NCBI GenBank assembly: GCA_016208235.1 | Contig: JACQYN010000014.1 | Coordinates: 203 to 64,202 of the forward strand | Direction of reading: 5' to 3' | DNA: 64,000 bases | DNA from: Deltaproteobacteria bacterium | GTDB lineage: Bacteria; Desulfobacterota; Desulfobaccia; Desulfobaccales; 0-14-0-80-60-11 | Shown here: piece after piece, positions 35,676-45,471 of the stretch | Layout: every line of letters starts with the position of its first letter | How positions within the stretch are numbered: position 1 is the first letter of the stretch | Program-made: the position numbers and the translations under genes | The notes under the pieces: generated by a model | The model's database searches: none | What the model was told of the DNA's origin: nothing | Seen by the model: the letters and a program-made list of their open reading frames with translations, nothing else

Positions 35676-37694
35676 ATGCCAGAATACAAAGTAAAGCCCG
35701 ATTCTCCTTATCCGGGGTTGGCCGGGGCCATGGACCAGATGCCCAAGGCGGCCTGTGGCGTCTATCTGTTCAAGGAGGCCGGGGGCCGGGTATTGTACGT
35801 GGGCAAAGCAGTGAACCTGCGGAATCGCCTCCGCTCCTATCTCCAGAACCCGGAGAGGCACGATCCCAAGACGGATATGATGTTGAAGAAGGCGGCCCGG
35901 GTGGATTTTCTGCTCACCGCCACGGAGCGGGAGGCCCTGATCCTGGAGCGCAACCTGATCAAGGAACACCGGCCCCGCTTCAACGTCATGCTCCGGGACG
36001 ACAAGAATTATCTCTGTCTTCGGCTGAACCTGAAAGAGGAATACCCGACTTTGCGGTTCGTGCGGCACTTCCACGCGGACGGCGCCCTTTATTTCGGCCC
36101 TTATTCCTCTGCGTGCATGGCCCGGGAGACCCTGAAGGTCATGAAGCGGGCCTTCAAGCTGCGCACTTGCAAAGAGAGCCGCCTGGCCCCCCGCTCCCGG
36201 CCTTGTTTGGAGTACCAATTAGAACAGTGTTTAGCCCCCTGCGCCGGGATGGTGGACTGCGAGTCCTACCGCCAGGCGGCCCAGGAGGCGGCCCAGTTTC
36301 TCAAAGGCCGGGGCCGGAACCTGTTGAAACAGCTCAAGGCGCAGATGGCGGAAGCCGCGGCCAACCTGGAGTTTGAAAAGGCCGCCACCCTCAGGGACCG
36401 GATCACGGCCATCAATCAGACCCTGGAGCGCCAGGACATGGCCCGGCCCAGCTTTCGGGACCAGGACGTCCTGGGAGTGGCCCGGAAAGACGGCCGGGCC
36501 CTGGTTCTGGTGCTCATGGTGCGGGGGGGCCTGGTCACCGGCAGCAGGGAATATTATTTCCCCGACTCCCTGCCGGAGAGCGACCTGCTGGGGGGATTTC
36601 TCAAACAATACTATACCGAGGAAAGACCGCTCCCGGACGAGATTCTGCTCCCCCATGACCTCCCGGAAAGACGCCTCCTGCAAGAGGTCTTCCGTGACCA
36701 AAAAGGCGGGGCGGTGCGCCTTGTTGCTGGTAAAGCTTTTGGGGGAGGGGGCGAGGGGTCGGTAGCACAGGCGTCTCGCCTGTGGACCTTAGAACCCTCC
36801 CCACAACCCCCTCCCCCAACCCCATACAGGGGGTTGGGAGGGGAGTTTGAGGGGAGGGCGGGGGAACAAGGTTCACCCGGTCATCATCTCAAATCATCTA
36901 ACCATCGCTCCCGCTTGCTGGCCCTGGCCGCGGAGAACGCCTGGGCGGCCTGGGAGCGGCGGCAGGTGAAAGTGGAGCCTATGGACGCGCTCCGGGATTT
37001 GCAGGCAAGGCTTCATCTGCCGCAAATGCCGGAGCGCCTGGAGTGTCTGGATATTTCCAACCTCCAGGGGAGCCAGGCAGTGGGCGCGCTGGTAGCCTTC
37101 ACCGGGGGCGTGCCGGACAAATCCGGCTACCGGCGCTTCCGCATCCGGGAGGTGGCCGGCCAGGACGATTACGCCATGCTCCGGGAGGTGGTGCGGCGGC
37201 ATTACGGCAAAGAAGGCCAGGCGCTGCCGGACTTGCTGGTGGTTGACGGCGGCCAAGGGCAGTTGAACGTGGTCCTGCAGGCCCTCAAAGAAATGGACCT
37301 GCCGTCTTTCCCTGTGGTGGGCCTGGCCAAGGCCGGAACCCAGGAGGGCCGGGAGGTGCGGGACCGGCTCTTCCTGCCGGGGCGGAAAAATCCCCGCTTT
37401 TTCCCGGCCAATGCCCCGGGTTGGCTGTTGCTGCTGCGGCTCAGAGACGAAGCCCATCGCTTTGCCATCACCTACCACCGGGGTCGGGCTCGGAAAGAGC
37501 TGCTACACTCCTTGTTGGACGAGATTCCCGGCATCGGGCCGGTGCGGCGACAGCGGCTATTTCAGCACTATCCTGACCTGGAAGCGTTGAAACAGGCGAG
37601 CGTGGAAGACCTGGCGGCCATCCCCGGCTTCACCCGCAAGGCCGCGGCAGAGTTGCAAGAATGGTTGGCGGGGGAGAGCCGAGAAAAGGATTAA
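35676..37694 (+). CDS. uvrC: excinuclease ABC subunit C, carrying an in-frame ~59-codon repeat-derived insertion
   Basis: GIY-YIG (GVYLFKEAGGRVLYVGKAVNLRNRLRSY), UVR domain (FEKAATLRDRI), endonuclease domain (ECLDISNLQG), and C-terminal (HhH)2. The insertion is at 36726-36902. Confidence 0.9.
   Translation: MPEYKVKPDSPYPGLAGAMDQMPKAACGVYLFKEAGGRVLYVGKAVNLRNRLRSYLQNPERHDPKTDMMLKKAARVDFLLTATEREALILERNLIKEHRPRFNVMLRDDKNYLCLRLNLKEEYPTLRFVRHFHADGALYFGPYSSACMARETLKVMKRAFKLRTCKESRLAPRSRPCLEYQLEQCLAPCAGMVDCESYRQAAQEAAQFLKGRGRNLLKQLKAQMAEAAANLEFEKAATLRDRITAINQTLERQDMARPSFRDQDVLGVARKDGRALVLVLMVRGGLVTGSREYYFPDSLPESDLLGGFLKQYYTEERPLPDEILLPHDLPERRLLQEVFRDQKGGAVRLVAGKAFGGGGEGSVAQASRLWTLEPSPQPPPPTPYRGLGGEFEGRAGEQGSPGHHLKSSNHRSRLLALAAENAWAAWERRQVKVEPMDALRDLQARLHLPQMPERLECLDISNLQGSQAVGALVAFTGGVPDKSGYRRFRIREVAGQDDYAMLREVVRRHYGKEGQALPDLLVVDGGQGQLNVVLQALKEMDLPSFPVVGLAKAGTQEGREVRDRLFLPGRKNPRFFPANAPGWLLLLRLRDEAHRFAITYHRGRARKELLHSLLDEIPGIGPVRRQRLFQHYPDLEALKQASVEDLAAIPGFTRKAAAELQEWLAGESREKD
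36726..36902. repeat. composite G-rich/hairpin repeat inserted in-frame in uvrC
   Basis: It contains GCACAGGCGTCTCGCCTGTGG (the family seen at 3211, 23661 and 49337) and CCCTCCCCACAACCCCCTCCCCCAACCCC...GGGGTTGGGAGGGGAGTTTGAGGGGAGGG (the family seen at 26615 and 46745). It is 177 nt, or 59 codons. Confidence 0.8.
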
Positions 37695-37815
37695 CCACAA
37701 AGACACCAAGACACAAAGGACCACAAAGAAAATAAAAGAAGGGTGCGCAAAAAGCGCACCCTTCTTTTACTTTTTTCTCTGTGAATCTTTGTGCCTTTGT
37801 GGCTTTGTGGTGAAT
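37693..37815. repeat. nested palindromic element, CACAAAG-arm family
   Basis: AACCACAAAGACACCAAGACACAAAGGACCACAAAG ... core AGAAGGGTGCGCAAAAAGCGCACCCTTCT ... CTTTGTGCCTTTGTGGCTTTGTGGTG. Confidence 0.9.
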
Positions 37816-37820
37816 CTTTA

Positions 37821-38603
37821 TTAATGCCGCGAGTTCGACGCCTCCAGGGCCTCGATCTGCTCCTGGGTGAGGCCGAAGCGGCGGTCCCGTCGGCGGTAGG
37901 CTTCCAGGGCTTGATGAAAATCATCTTCCCGGAAGTCGGGCCACAGGGTGTCGGTGACGTAAAGCTCGGTGTACGCGGACTGCCAGAGGAGGAAGTTGCT
38001 CAGGCGGTATTCGCCGCTGGTGCGGATCATGAGGTCCGGGTCGGGCATGTCCGCGGTATAGAGGTAACGGGCGAAGAGGGCGGTGTCGATTTCTTCGGGT
38101 TTAAGACGGCCGGCCAGGATGTCTTGGGCCAGGGTCTGCACGGCCTGGACGATCTCGGAGCGGCCGCCGTAGCTCAAGGCCAGGGTCAGGACCATTTGGG
38201 TCTCCCCCCCGGCGGTGGCGGCAATGGTTCCGGCCAAATCCCGCTGCACTGCTTCCGGCAATTGTTTCAGGTTGCCGATGGCCCGAAGCGCGATTTGATT
38301 TTCCTGCATCTCCGGGAGTTCCCGGTGCAGGTAGCGGCGCAGCAGGGCCATCAAGGCCCGGATTTCCATGGAGGGGCGTTGCCAGTTTTCTTCGGAGAAG
38401 GCGAACAGGGTAAGGTAGGAGATTCCCAGTTTGCGGGCCAGGCGCACCACAGTGCGCACTGATTCCACTCCGGCTACGTGGCCCTTGATGCGGAGCAGGC
38501 CGCGCTGTTGGGCCCAGCGGCCGTTACCGTCCATGATAATGGCCACGTGGCGGGGAAGGCGGTTGTTGTTTAGGGGATGGACAGTCTCTGGCAAATCTTT
38601 CAC
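37821..38603 (-). CDS. uppS: isoprenyl transferase (undecaprenyl-diphosphate synthase)
   Basis: HVAIIMDGNGRWA, FAFSEENWQRP and RTSGEYRLSNFLLWQ. Confidence 0.92.
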   Translation of the reverse strand: MKDLPETVHPLNNNRLPRHVAIIMDGNGRWAQQRGLLRIKGHVAGVESVRTVVRLARKLGISYLTLFAFSEENWQRPSMEIRALMALLRRYLHRELPEMQENQIALRAIGNLKQLPEAVQRDLAGTIAATAGGETQMVLTLALSYGGRSEIVQAVQTLAQDILAGRLKPEEIDTALFARYLYTADMPDPDLMIRTSGEYRLSNFLLWQSAYTELYVTDTLWPDFREDDFHQALEAYRRRDRRFGLTQEQIEALEASNSRH

Positions 38604-38611
38604 CGGGGGTG

Positions 38612-39169
38612 CTAAAAAGTCATGATCTCCTTTTCTTTTTCCGCGGCCTGGGTATCAACCTTTTTAATGAAATCATCCGTGACCTTCTGGACTTCTTCTT
38701 GACCCCGGTGGGCATCATCTTCCGGCAATTGTTTTTCTTTCTTCAAATCCTTGAACTGCTCGTTTGCCTCCCGGCGGATGTTGCGCAGAGCCACCTTGGC
38801 CTCTTCCCCCATTTTCTTCACCACCTTGCCCAGTTCTTTACGCCGCTCGGTGGTCAAGGCCGGGATGGGCAGGCGGATAACCTTGCCGTCGTTTACCGGG
38901 TTGAGCCCCAGGTCGGATTTGAGGATGGCCTTTTCAATATCTCCCAATACGGTGGGGTCCCAGGGTTGCACGGTGAGCAGCCGGCTTTCGGGCGCGGCCA
39001 GGGAGGCCACCTGGCTGAGAGGCATGCTGGTGCCGTAGCAATCGACTTTAATGCCATCAAGCAGGGCAACGGAGGCGCGGCCGGTGCGCACCCGGGACAG
39101 ATCCCGGGCCATGGCCTCCAGCACTTTGTCCATTTTCCGCTTCGTTTCCTCCAGAACCTTATCTTTCAT
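38612..39169 (-). CDS. frr: ribosome recycling factor
   Basis: 185 aa with [19 protein letters not shown]...[25 protein letters not shown]. Confidence 0.95.
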   Translation of the reverse strand: MKDKVLEETKRKMDKVLEAMARDLSRVRTGRASVALLDGIKVDCYGTSMPLSQVASLAAPESRLLTVQPWDPTVLGDIEKAILKSDLGLNPVNDGKVIRLPIPALTTERRKELGKVVKKMGEEAKVALRNIRREANEQFKDLKKEKQLPEDDAHRGQEEVQKVTDDFIKKVDTQAAEKEKEIMTF

Positions 39170-39896
39170 GGCCTCGGCTCTCCACTATGGTGCCCACTTT
39201 CTGGCCCAGCACCACCTTTTTCATATTGCCCGGTTCCAGCAGTTTGAAGACGATAATGGGGATCTTTTGTTCCTTGGACATGGTCACTGCGGTAATGTCC
39301 ATTACCCTCAGGTCCTTCTCCAGGATGTCGAAATAGGTAAGGCGGGGCAGCATCAGGGCCTCGGCGTCCTTTTCCGGGTCCCGGTCGTAGATGCCAGCCA
39401 CCTTGGTGCCCTTGAGGATGGCCTGGGCTCCGATCTCCGTGGCCCTTAAAGCCGCGGCGGTATCGGTGGTGAAATAGGGGCTGCCGGTGCCCGCGGCAAA
39501 GATCAACACCCGCCCCTTTTCAAGGTGGCGCATGGCCCGGCGGCGGATGTAAGGCTCGGCCACTTCATGCATGGCGATGGCCGACAACACCCGGGTGGGC
39601 ACCCCGGTCTTTTCCAGGACGTCCTGGAGGGCCAGGGCATTGATTACCGTGGCCAACATGCCCATATAGTCCCCCACCGTCCGCTCGATCCCCTGGGCGC
39701 TCACCGCCAGGCCTCGGAAGATATTGCCGCCGCCCACCACTATGCCCACTTCCACCTTCAGGTCCGTCACCTCTTTGATTTCTCGGGCAATGGCCTTCAG
39801 GGTGTCGGGGCAGAGGCCGAATTTCTTCTCTCCGGCCAGGGTTTCGCCGCTCACTTTGAGGAGGATGCGGCGGTATTTGGGGGTCTCCGGGGTCAC
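39159..39896 (-). CDS. pyrH: UMP kinase
   Basis: [11 protein letters not shown]...[10 protein letters not shown]...VYDRDPEK. Confidence 0.95.
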   Translation of the reverse strand: MTPETPKYRRILLKVSGETLAGEKKFGLCPDTLKAIAREIKEVTDLKVEVGIVVGGGNIFRGLAVSAQGIERTVGDYMGMLATVINALALQDVLEKTGVPTRVLSAIAMHEVAEPYIRRRAMRHLEKGRVLIFAAGTGSPYFTTDTAAALRATEIGAQAILKGTKVAGIYDRDPEKDAEALMLPRLTYFDILEKDLRVMDITAVTMSKEQKIPIIVFKLLEPGNMKKVVLGQKVGTIVESRGHER

Positions 39897-39903
39897 GGTC
39901 TCC

Positions 39904-40755
39904 TCAGGTTCCCAATTGGTAACGGGTGAAACGGACCACCCGGAGTTCCGCGCCGCCCGCTTCCTTGAGCAGTTGGGCCACGGTGATATCCGGGTTTTTC
40001 ACAAAGGGCTGCTCCACCAGGCAGAACTCTTTAAAAAACTTGTCCAGCCGCCCGGTCACCATGCGCTCAATGATCTTCTCCGGTTTGCCGCTCTCCCGGG
40101 CCTGGGCCTGGTAAATAGCGGTCTCCTGGGCGATGACCGCGGGATCCACATCCTCCCGGGTGACGGCCAGGGGGTTGGACGCGGCCACCTGCATGGCCAA
40201 ATCCTTGGCCAGGGTCGTCAGTTCCGGGGTGACCTTGGCGCTGCTCAATTCCAGGAGCACGCCGATGCGGCCGCCGAAGTGGATATAAGCGCCCACCAGG
40301 CCGCGGCCGGCAAAACGGGAAAAGCGGCGCACCCGGATGTTCTCTCCGGTCTGGCCGATGATTTCATTGAGATAATCTTGTACAGTGAGGCTGGGTTGGG
40401 GCTGCCAGGGCTGGGCCAGCAGGGCGTCCACCTGCGCCGGAGCCGCGGTCGCGATCTGGGCCGCCAGGAGTTGGGCGAAATTTTGGAACGCATCGGTTTT
40501 GGCCACAAAATCCGATTCGCAGTTCACTTCCAGCAGCACGCCGCTCAGGCCGTTCCCGGCCACCTGGGCCACCACCACTCCTTCGCTGGTAGCCCGTTCG
40601 GCCCTTTTCCCGGCCACGGCGATGCCTTTCTGGCGCAGATAGGCCACGGCCTTTTCCAGATCCCCTTCGGTCTCCTTCAAGGCTTTTTTACAATCCATAA
40701 ACCCGCAGTTGGTCTTGTCCCGCAGGGTTTTTACCAGTTCCGCTGAAATTTCCAA
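39904..40755 (-). CDS. tsf: translation elongation factor Ts
   Basis: [38 protein letters not shown], positioned downstream of rpsB. Confidence 0.93.
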   Translation of the reverse strand: MEISAELVKTLRDKTNCGFMDCKKALKETEGDLEKAVAYLRQKGIAVAGKRAERATSEGVVVAQVAGNGLSGVLLEVNCESDFVAKTDAFQNFAQLLAAQIATAAPAQVDALLAQPWQPQPSLTVQDYLNEIIGQTGENIRVRRFSRFAGRGLVGAYIHFGGRIGVLLELSSAKVTPELTTLAKDLAMQVAASNPLAVTREDVDPAVIAQETAIYQAQARESGKPEKIIERMVTGRLDKFFKEFCLVEQPFVKNPDITVAQLLKEAGGAELRVVRFTRYQLGT

Positions 40756-40894
40756 ACCTGTCCTCCTTATTAGGAGCTGTCAACCGTTAGCTGTCAGCTA
40801 TCAGCAAAAATCAAAACACAGGGAAGGTAGGTCCCTGATCGTTGCTTTTGTTAACCGAAGACCGAAAAAAAGAAGACCGAAAACGGTATTGCCC

Positions 40895-41722
40895 TTACTC
40901 TGCAGCCGGGGCTTCCGGTGCTTCCGCCTTTTCTTCCGGGGCCGGGGGTTCCGCAGCCTCCGCCGGAGCCTCCACAGGCGCGGCCGCGGCTTCTTCCGCC
41001 TGCATTTCCTTGTCCGTCATCGCCTGGAGACGCTCTTCCCGGAGTTTTTTGCCCTCTATAGACGCGTCCGCGATGCGGGAAGTGAGAAGGCGGATGGCCC
41101 GGATGGCGTCGTCATTGCCGGGAATGGGATAGTCGATTTCCGTGGGGTCGCAGTTGCTGTCCACGATGGCCAGGATGGGGACCTTGGTCTTCCGGGCCTC
41201 CTGCACGGCAATGTCTTCTTTGCGGGGGTCCACTATGTAGATGATATCCGGAAGACGCCCCATGTTCTTGATGCCCCCCAGGGACCGCTCCAGTTTGGCG
41301 GCCTTCTTCTCCATCATCAGCACTTCCTTTTTGGGGAAGCGCTTCAGGGAGCCGTCTTCCTTCATGGCCTCAAAGTCCTTGAGGCGTTGAATGGAGCGGC
41401 TGATGGTCTGGAAGTTGGTGAGCATCCCTCCCAGCCAGCGGTGGTTGACGTAGAACATGCCCGCGCGTTTGGCCTCTTCGGCAATGGCGTCCATGGCCTG
41501 CTTCTTGGTGCCCACGAACAGGACCACGCCGCCGTCGGCCACTTTTTCCACCACAAAATTGTACGCGGTTTTGAAGAACTGGACGGTCTTTTGGAGATCG
41601 ATGATGTGGATGCCGTTTCTGGCCCCGAAGATGTAAGGACCCATCTTGGGGTTCCAACGGCGGGTCTGGTGGCCGAAATGCACCCCGGCCTCCAACAGCT
41701 CCTTCATGGTGACATAAGCCAT
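40895..41722 (-). CDS. rpsB: 30S ribosomal protein S2 with an A/E/P-rich C-terminal tail
   Basis: [22 protein letters not shown]... with AGGAGG upstream of the ATG at 41722. Confidence 0.95.
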   Translation of the reverse strand: MAYVTMKELLEAGVHFGHQTRRWNPKMGPYIFGARNGIHIIDLQKTVQFFKTAYNFVVEKVADGGVVLFVGTKKQAMDAIAEEAKRAGMFYVNHRWLGGMLTNFQTISRSIQRLKDFEAMKEDGSLKRFPKKEVLMMEKKAAKLERSLGGIKNMGRLPDIIYIVDPRKEDIAVQEARKTKVPILAIVDSNCDPTEIDYPIPGNDDAIRAIRLLTSRIADASIEGKKLREERLQAMTDKEMQAEEAAAAPVEAPAEAAEPPAPEEKAEAPEAPAAE

Positions 41723-42120
41723 ACTGCTTCCTCCTGGTTGGTCCGCCGCTCCGCCGCCGGCAAGGCCACCTGGCCGGACTCAACACCGACAGGCACCAGC
41801 CCGCCCTGGCGGGGCGTGTGTACTTCCAAAAGTTCGCTAATTTCTGCAAGATGCTCCAAAAGTAGGGATAACTGCTGCTTTGGACGACGCTCCGAACCAC
41901 CCCGAAAAATGATGATGGATGGCTTCTTTATTTTTCGTAATGCCAGCAAGGTACCGAAGTCTGTATCCGCTGAAACGATAACCCGATCCTCATCTCCGGC
42001 TCTGCTAAATATTTCTTCGTCAGTGGCCCGCTGCAAATTGTAATCCCGGACATGGACAGCGTCGAAGCCAGATTTACGCAATCCCTCAGCAATGATAGGC
42101 GACAGGGCGTTGTCCACCAA
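41704..42120 (-). CDS. DUF5615-family (PIN-like) putative toxin, with a 3' end that reads into the rpsB start region
   Basis: [28 protein letters not shown]...[10 protein letters not shown] is the typical DUF5615/Mut7-C-like pattern. The last ~39 codons lie in GC-rich host-like sequence. Confidence 0.55.
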   Translation of the reverse strand: MVDNALSPIIAEGLRKSGFDAVHVRDYNLQRATDEEIFSRAGDEDRVIVSADTDFGTLLALRKIKKPSIIIFRGGSERRPKQQLSLLLEHLAEISELLEVHTPRQGGLVPVGVESGQVALPAAERRTNQEEAVWLMSP

Positions 42121-42124
42121 AACT

Positions 42125-42355
42125 TCAAGCAGTACTCACTAACGGGAGTTCGCGTTCCCGCACCGCTTCGGCGGCAAAGCGCAATGCCTCTTGGATATCT
42201 GCCAATTCCAGATCCGGGTATGCCTCCAAGATTTCTTTATTGGTCATGCCATCTGCAACCATACTAACTACAGTGGCTACCGGAATCCTGAACCCCCGGA
42301 TGCAAGGCTGGCCTCCCATTTGGTCTGGTCTTACCGTTATTCTCTCAAATTTCAT
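42125..42355 (-). CDS. DUF433-family putative antitoxin
   Basis: ITVRPDQMGGQPCIRGFRIPVATVVSMVADGMTNKEILEAYPDLELADIQEAL. The likely start is the ATG at 42355. Confidence 0.7.
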   Translation of the reverse strand: MKFERITVRPDQMGGQPCIRGFRIPVATVVSMVADGMTNKEILEAYPDLELADIQEALRFAAEAVRERELPLVSTA

Positions 42356-42512
42356 GAGGTTAATCCTTATCTGGCATAATAAGGAAATTAACAGAAAGAA
42401 CGTAAACTTACAATATCTTTTGCCCGGGGATGTCAATAAAGATGTCCGGCTTTCATACCAAATGAAATGTCAGGTTGAGTTTCTGAGAAAACTGTAGCTC
42501 CAGACAGAGGGA

Positions 42513-42965
42513 TCACGCCAGATGTTTTTGCATCCACACCACATGGACATCTTCCCCAAACTTGCGGCCCACCCGGAGGAACCTGCCGCATTCCTGGAAG
42601 CCGTTCTTAAGACGAAACCTGATGCTCTCCTGGTTTCGGGAAGAAATGTTAGCTATCAGAGAATCTATTCCCCTTTGCCCGGCCTCCCGTTTTCCGGGAG
42701 TAATGAAATAGGAGACCTCTGCGGTTCTTTTAAAAGAGTCTGCGAAGTGGTGCGGCCGCATAAATCCAAACCCCACAACCTGATGGTCGCCAGCTTTGAT
42801 AACTAGCGCGGGATAACCCCGGGACATCTCCAAGAACCGGTCAAAGAAATGGTAATCTACCGATTCTTCAGGATAAGCCGCATAACTCTGTCTGATAAAG
42901 TAGTTTAAGATATCGATCACCGCCTGGCGGTGGCTGTCTGACATCTCTTCAAAGCTATAGTCCAT
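42513..42965 (-). CDS. GNAT-family N-acetyltransferase (PAT-like) with a shortened acetyl-CoA-binding segment
   Basis: 150 aa from the ATG at 42965. The ends match PAT-like GNATs (AEVSYFI...NQESIRFRLKNGF...VGRKFGEDVHVVWMQ). The R/QxxGxG region appears about 13 aa short. Confidence 0.6.
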   Translation of the reverse strand: MDYSFEEMSDSHRQAVIDILNYFIRQSYAAYPEESVDYHFFDRFLEMSRGYPALVIKAGDHQVVGFGFMRPHHFADSFKRTAEVSYFITPGKREAGQRGIDSLIANISSRNQESIRFRLKNGFQECGRFLRVGRKFGEDVHVVWMQKHLA

Positions 42966-42984
42966 TTTTCTACCCTCAATGCGC

Positions 42985-44265
42985 TTACCCTCGGAAAGGG
43001 GGAATGGTGGGAGGCAACGCGGTTTCCTCCGCCGTCTCCAACTCGGTAAAAGCCAGATGCCGCAGTTCCGGATTCCTGAAGAGAATAACCCCGGCGACGA
43101 TGGCCGCCAACAGGCTGCCCCCGGCAATGGTGAGTCCCGGTCCCAGGTAATGGGCCGCGCTCCCGTAAAAGATGCTGCCCACCGGCGACAGGCCCATGAC
43201 GATGAGACCGAAGAGGCTCATGATGCGGCCCCGGAGCTCATCCGGCACATTCAGTTGCAGCAGGCTGTTGCCGGTAGACAGCAAAGTCACCATGCCGAAC
43301 CCGGCCAACAAGATGAAGACCAGGGCCAGGTAGTAATTGCCGCAAAGGCCCAAACCGATTAACCCCGAGAGGAACAATCCCAGACCCCCCAGAAAAGAGG
43401 GCATGGGCGGGCGCCGCTGCAGGCGCCGGGCCAGGGTGAGGCCTCCCAAAAAGGCCCCCAGGCCGCTGCCAGCGCTGAGTAGGCCGAAGCCCTTGGGCCC
43501 CGCGCCCAGCACATCCCGGGCCAGGATGGGCAGCAGCACAAAGAACGGCATGGCCAGGATGGCCACCGCACTCATAATAAGCAGTACCAGCTTGAGTCCG
43601 TTCCGTTCCCAGAGGTGATCCTTCACTTCCCTCCAGGCCCGCCGGAAAGGAGTCCAGGTGGTGGGCTGGGAGCGAGGCAGATGCATCATGAACAGGGCCA
43701 GAAGCACTGCCAGAAAGGAGACCGCGTTCAGAAAAAAGCAGTTGGCCATGCCCACCACCGCGATGAGCACCCCGGCCACCGCCGGCCCTATCACCCGGGT
43801 GGCGTTGAACAGAGTGGAGTTCAGGGCGATGGCATTGGGGAGGTCCGGTTTGCCCACCAGGTCGACGATAAAGGCCTGGCGCGCCGGGATATCGAAGGCC
43901 ATCACCGTGCCGGACAGAAAGACGATGATGCACAGGTCCCAGATTTTGATGACTTCCAGTTCCACCAACACTCCCAGGGCCAGGGCCAGGATCATCAACG
44001 CGGCCTGGGTGATAAAGAGCAGACGGAGTTTGGAGGTGTGATCCGCCACCACTCCCCCCAGGAAGGAAAAAAGCAACACCGGCAGGGTCTGCAAAGCCCC
44101 CACCAGACCCAGATAAAAGGAGGAGTTGGTGAGTTCCAGGACCAACCAGCCAAAGGCCGTGGCCTGCATCCAGGAACCGGTCAGAGAGATCATCTGGCCG
44201 GTGTAGAACAGACGGAAATTGCGATGCCGCAGCGCGGCAAAGGTTTTAAGACTTACAAAATCCAT
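42985..44265 (-). CDS. MFS transporter (EntS/MFS_3-like)
   Basis: 426 aa and about 12 TM. The N-terminal RNFRLFYTGQMISLTGSWMQ is typical of this subfamily. Confidence 0.8.
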   Translation of the reverse strand: MDFVSLKTFAALRHRNFRLFYTGQMISLTGSWMQATAFGWLVLELTNSSFYLGLVGALQTLPVLLFSFLGGVVADHTSKLRLLFITQAALMILALALGVLVELEVIKIWDLCIIVFLSGTVMAFDIPARQAFIVDLVGKPDLPNAIALNSTLFNATRVIGPAVAGVLIAVVGMANCFFLNAVSFLAVLLALFMMHLPRSQPTTWTPFRRAWREVKDHLWERNGLKLVLLIMSAVAILAMPFFVLLPILARDVLGAGPKGFGLLSAGSGLGAFLGGLTLARRLQRRPPMPSFLGGLGLFLSGLIGLGLCGNYYLALVFILLAGFGMVTLLSTGNSLLQLNVPDELRGRIMSLFGLIVMGLSPVGSIFYGSAAHYLGPGLTIAGGSLLAAIVAGVILFRNPELRHLAFTELETAEETALPPTIPPFRG

Positions 44266-44583
44266 ATGAGGTGTTCATGGGGGGAGGTGGGGGCATTGGG
44301 TCGGCTGTTGGTGTTGTCTCCCAGCTCCGCTAAAATTTGCCAAATCAGAGTAGATACTGAATTTAAAAATTATTGTTTAATTCTACCGGAAAGCCACACG
44401 GGGCGCAAGGAAGGTCAATGGCCCCAAATTAAAGCTTCTTCAAGATTTCCGATTATTCAGTATAACTCCCGGGGTGGAACCAGGAGGTCCCAATTTTGGC
44501 ACGCTGGCCGGGGTTCCCCAAATGGTAATTTAACTTTCCGGCCCCAAACGTTTGAACCGCCCACCCGGTTCCCTCTTAATCAC

Positions 44584-44608
44584 CCCCTCCCCCAGGAGGG
44601 GTTTTTTT
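44584..44608 (+). terminator. orphan intrinsic terminator (plus strand)
   Basis: CCCCTCC-CCCA-GGAGGGG followed by T7. No annotated plus-strand gene lies upstream. Confidence 0.5.
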
Positions 44609-44693
44609 CTGGATGCGGGCCTGCTATGGTTAACCTGCAAAGCAAATGTGCAGACATCCTTACCAAATACTTTCTTTCCCCCCAGGTTACCCC

Positions 44694-44721
44694 TTGACAC
44701 CTTCGCCCAACTGGTCATACT
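44694..44721 (+). promoter_or_regulatory. sigma70-like promoter candidate for yggT
   Basis: TTGACA (44694-44699), a 16-nt spacer, then CATACT. Confidence 0.3.
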
Positions 44722-44752
44722 ATCCAAGCATCTCTTTAGGGGTAAGGATGGG

Positions 44753-45052
44753 ATGATAGCCTTTAGACACCTGCTGGACGCCATTGCCACCGTCTTGGAC
44801 CTGGCCTTGAATATCTATATGTGGCTGGTCATTGCCCGGGCCTTGCTCTCCTGGGTCAACCCCGACCCTTATAATCCCATTGTCCGCTTTTTGTATAACG
44901 TTACCGAACCGGTAATGAGTTTCCTGCGGCGGCGGGTGCCGGTAGTCTTCGGCGGCCTGGACCTCTCCCCCCTGATCGTCATCGCGGTCATCATGTTTCT
45001 GCGTATTTTCCTGGTCCAGACCCTGCACGATTATGCCCGCATGATCGGCTAG
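44753..45052 (+). CDS. yggT: YggT-family membrane protein
   Basis: 99 aa from the internal ATG, with IARALLSWVNPDPYNPIVRFLYNVTEPV. Confidence 0.8.
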   Translation: MIAFRHLLDAIATVLDLALNIYMWLVIARALLSWVNPDPYNPIVRFLYNVTEPVMSFLRRRVPVVFGGLDLSPLIVIAVIMFLRIFLVQTLHDYARMIG

Positions 45053-45071
45053 CGGCTTTCGGAAATCCCCG

Positions 45072-45371
45072 GTGTCCCAGTTTTATCATCCCACCTGCCA
45101 GGGCTTTATCCTGCGTTTGACCGTGGTGCCGGGCGCTTCCCGCACGGAGGTGGTGGGACTCCATGGGGACCGCCTCAAATTGCGGGTGGCCGCGGCCCCG
45201 GAAAAAGGCGCGGCCAACCGTAAGTTACTGGAATTTCTGGCCGCGCGCCTGGGACTCCCCAAGAAAGCGGTGCGCTTGAGCGGCGGCGCCCACAGCCGGG
45301 AAAAGGTGGTGGAGTTACAAGACCTTTCCCCGGACCTGGCGGAGCGCCTGGAGCGGCTGCTCCCCGTTTAG
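45072..45371 (+). CDS. yggU: DUF167 (YggU/UPF0235) protein
   Basis: LRLTVVPGASRTEVVGLHGDRLKLRVAAAPEKGAANRKLLEFLA, with a GTG start. Confidence 0.8.
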   Translation: MSQFYHPTCQGFILRLTVVPGASRTEVVGLHGDRLKLRVAAAPEKGAANRKLLEFLAARLGLPKKAVRLSGGAHSREKVVELQDLSPDLAERLERLLPV

Positions 45372-45471
45372 CGCTTAAGCTTGACAAGCACTCCGCCGAT
45401 GATAAGAATTAGTTACAGCAGGAGGGGAGAATATTCCGGTACGGGGATCGTTGGGGAGCCGATTTTCTAGG

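Noticed and set aside
35247-36218. 323-aa minus-strand ORF
   Set aside because: It spans the aldo/keto reductase start, a repeat element and the antisense of the uvrC 5' half, so it cannot be a single real gene.
40709-42043. 444-aa plus-strand ORF
   Set aside because: It is antisense to rpsB and the DUF5615 gene, with an R/G/F-rich composition and no motifs.
44497-44512. TGGCACG sequence as a sigma54 (-24/-12) promoter
   Set aside because: The -12 element is CCGG rather than TTGC(A/T) at the required spacing, and no enhancer-binding protein gene is nearby.
43615-44697. 360-aa plus-strand ORF
   Set aside because: It is antisense to the MFS transporter and extends into a non-coding spacer. 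Its composition is His/Gly/Gln-rich.
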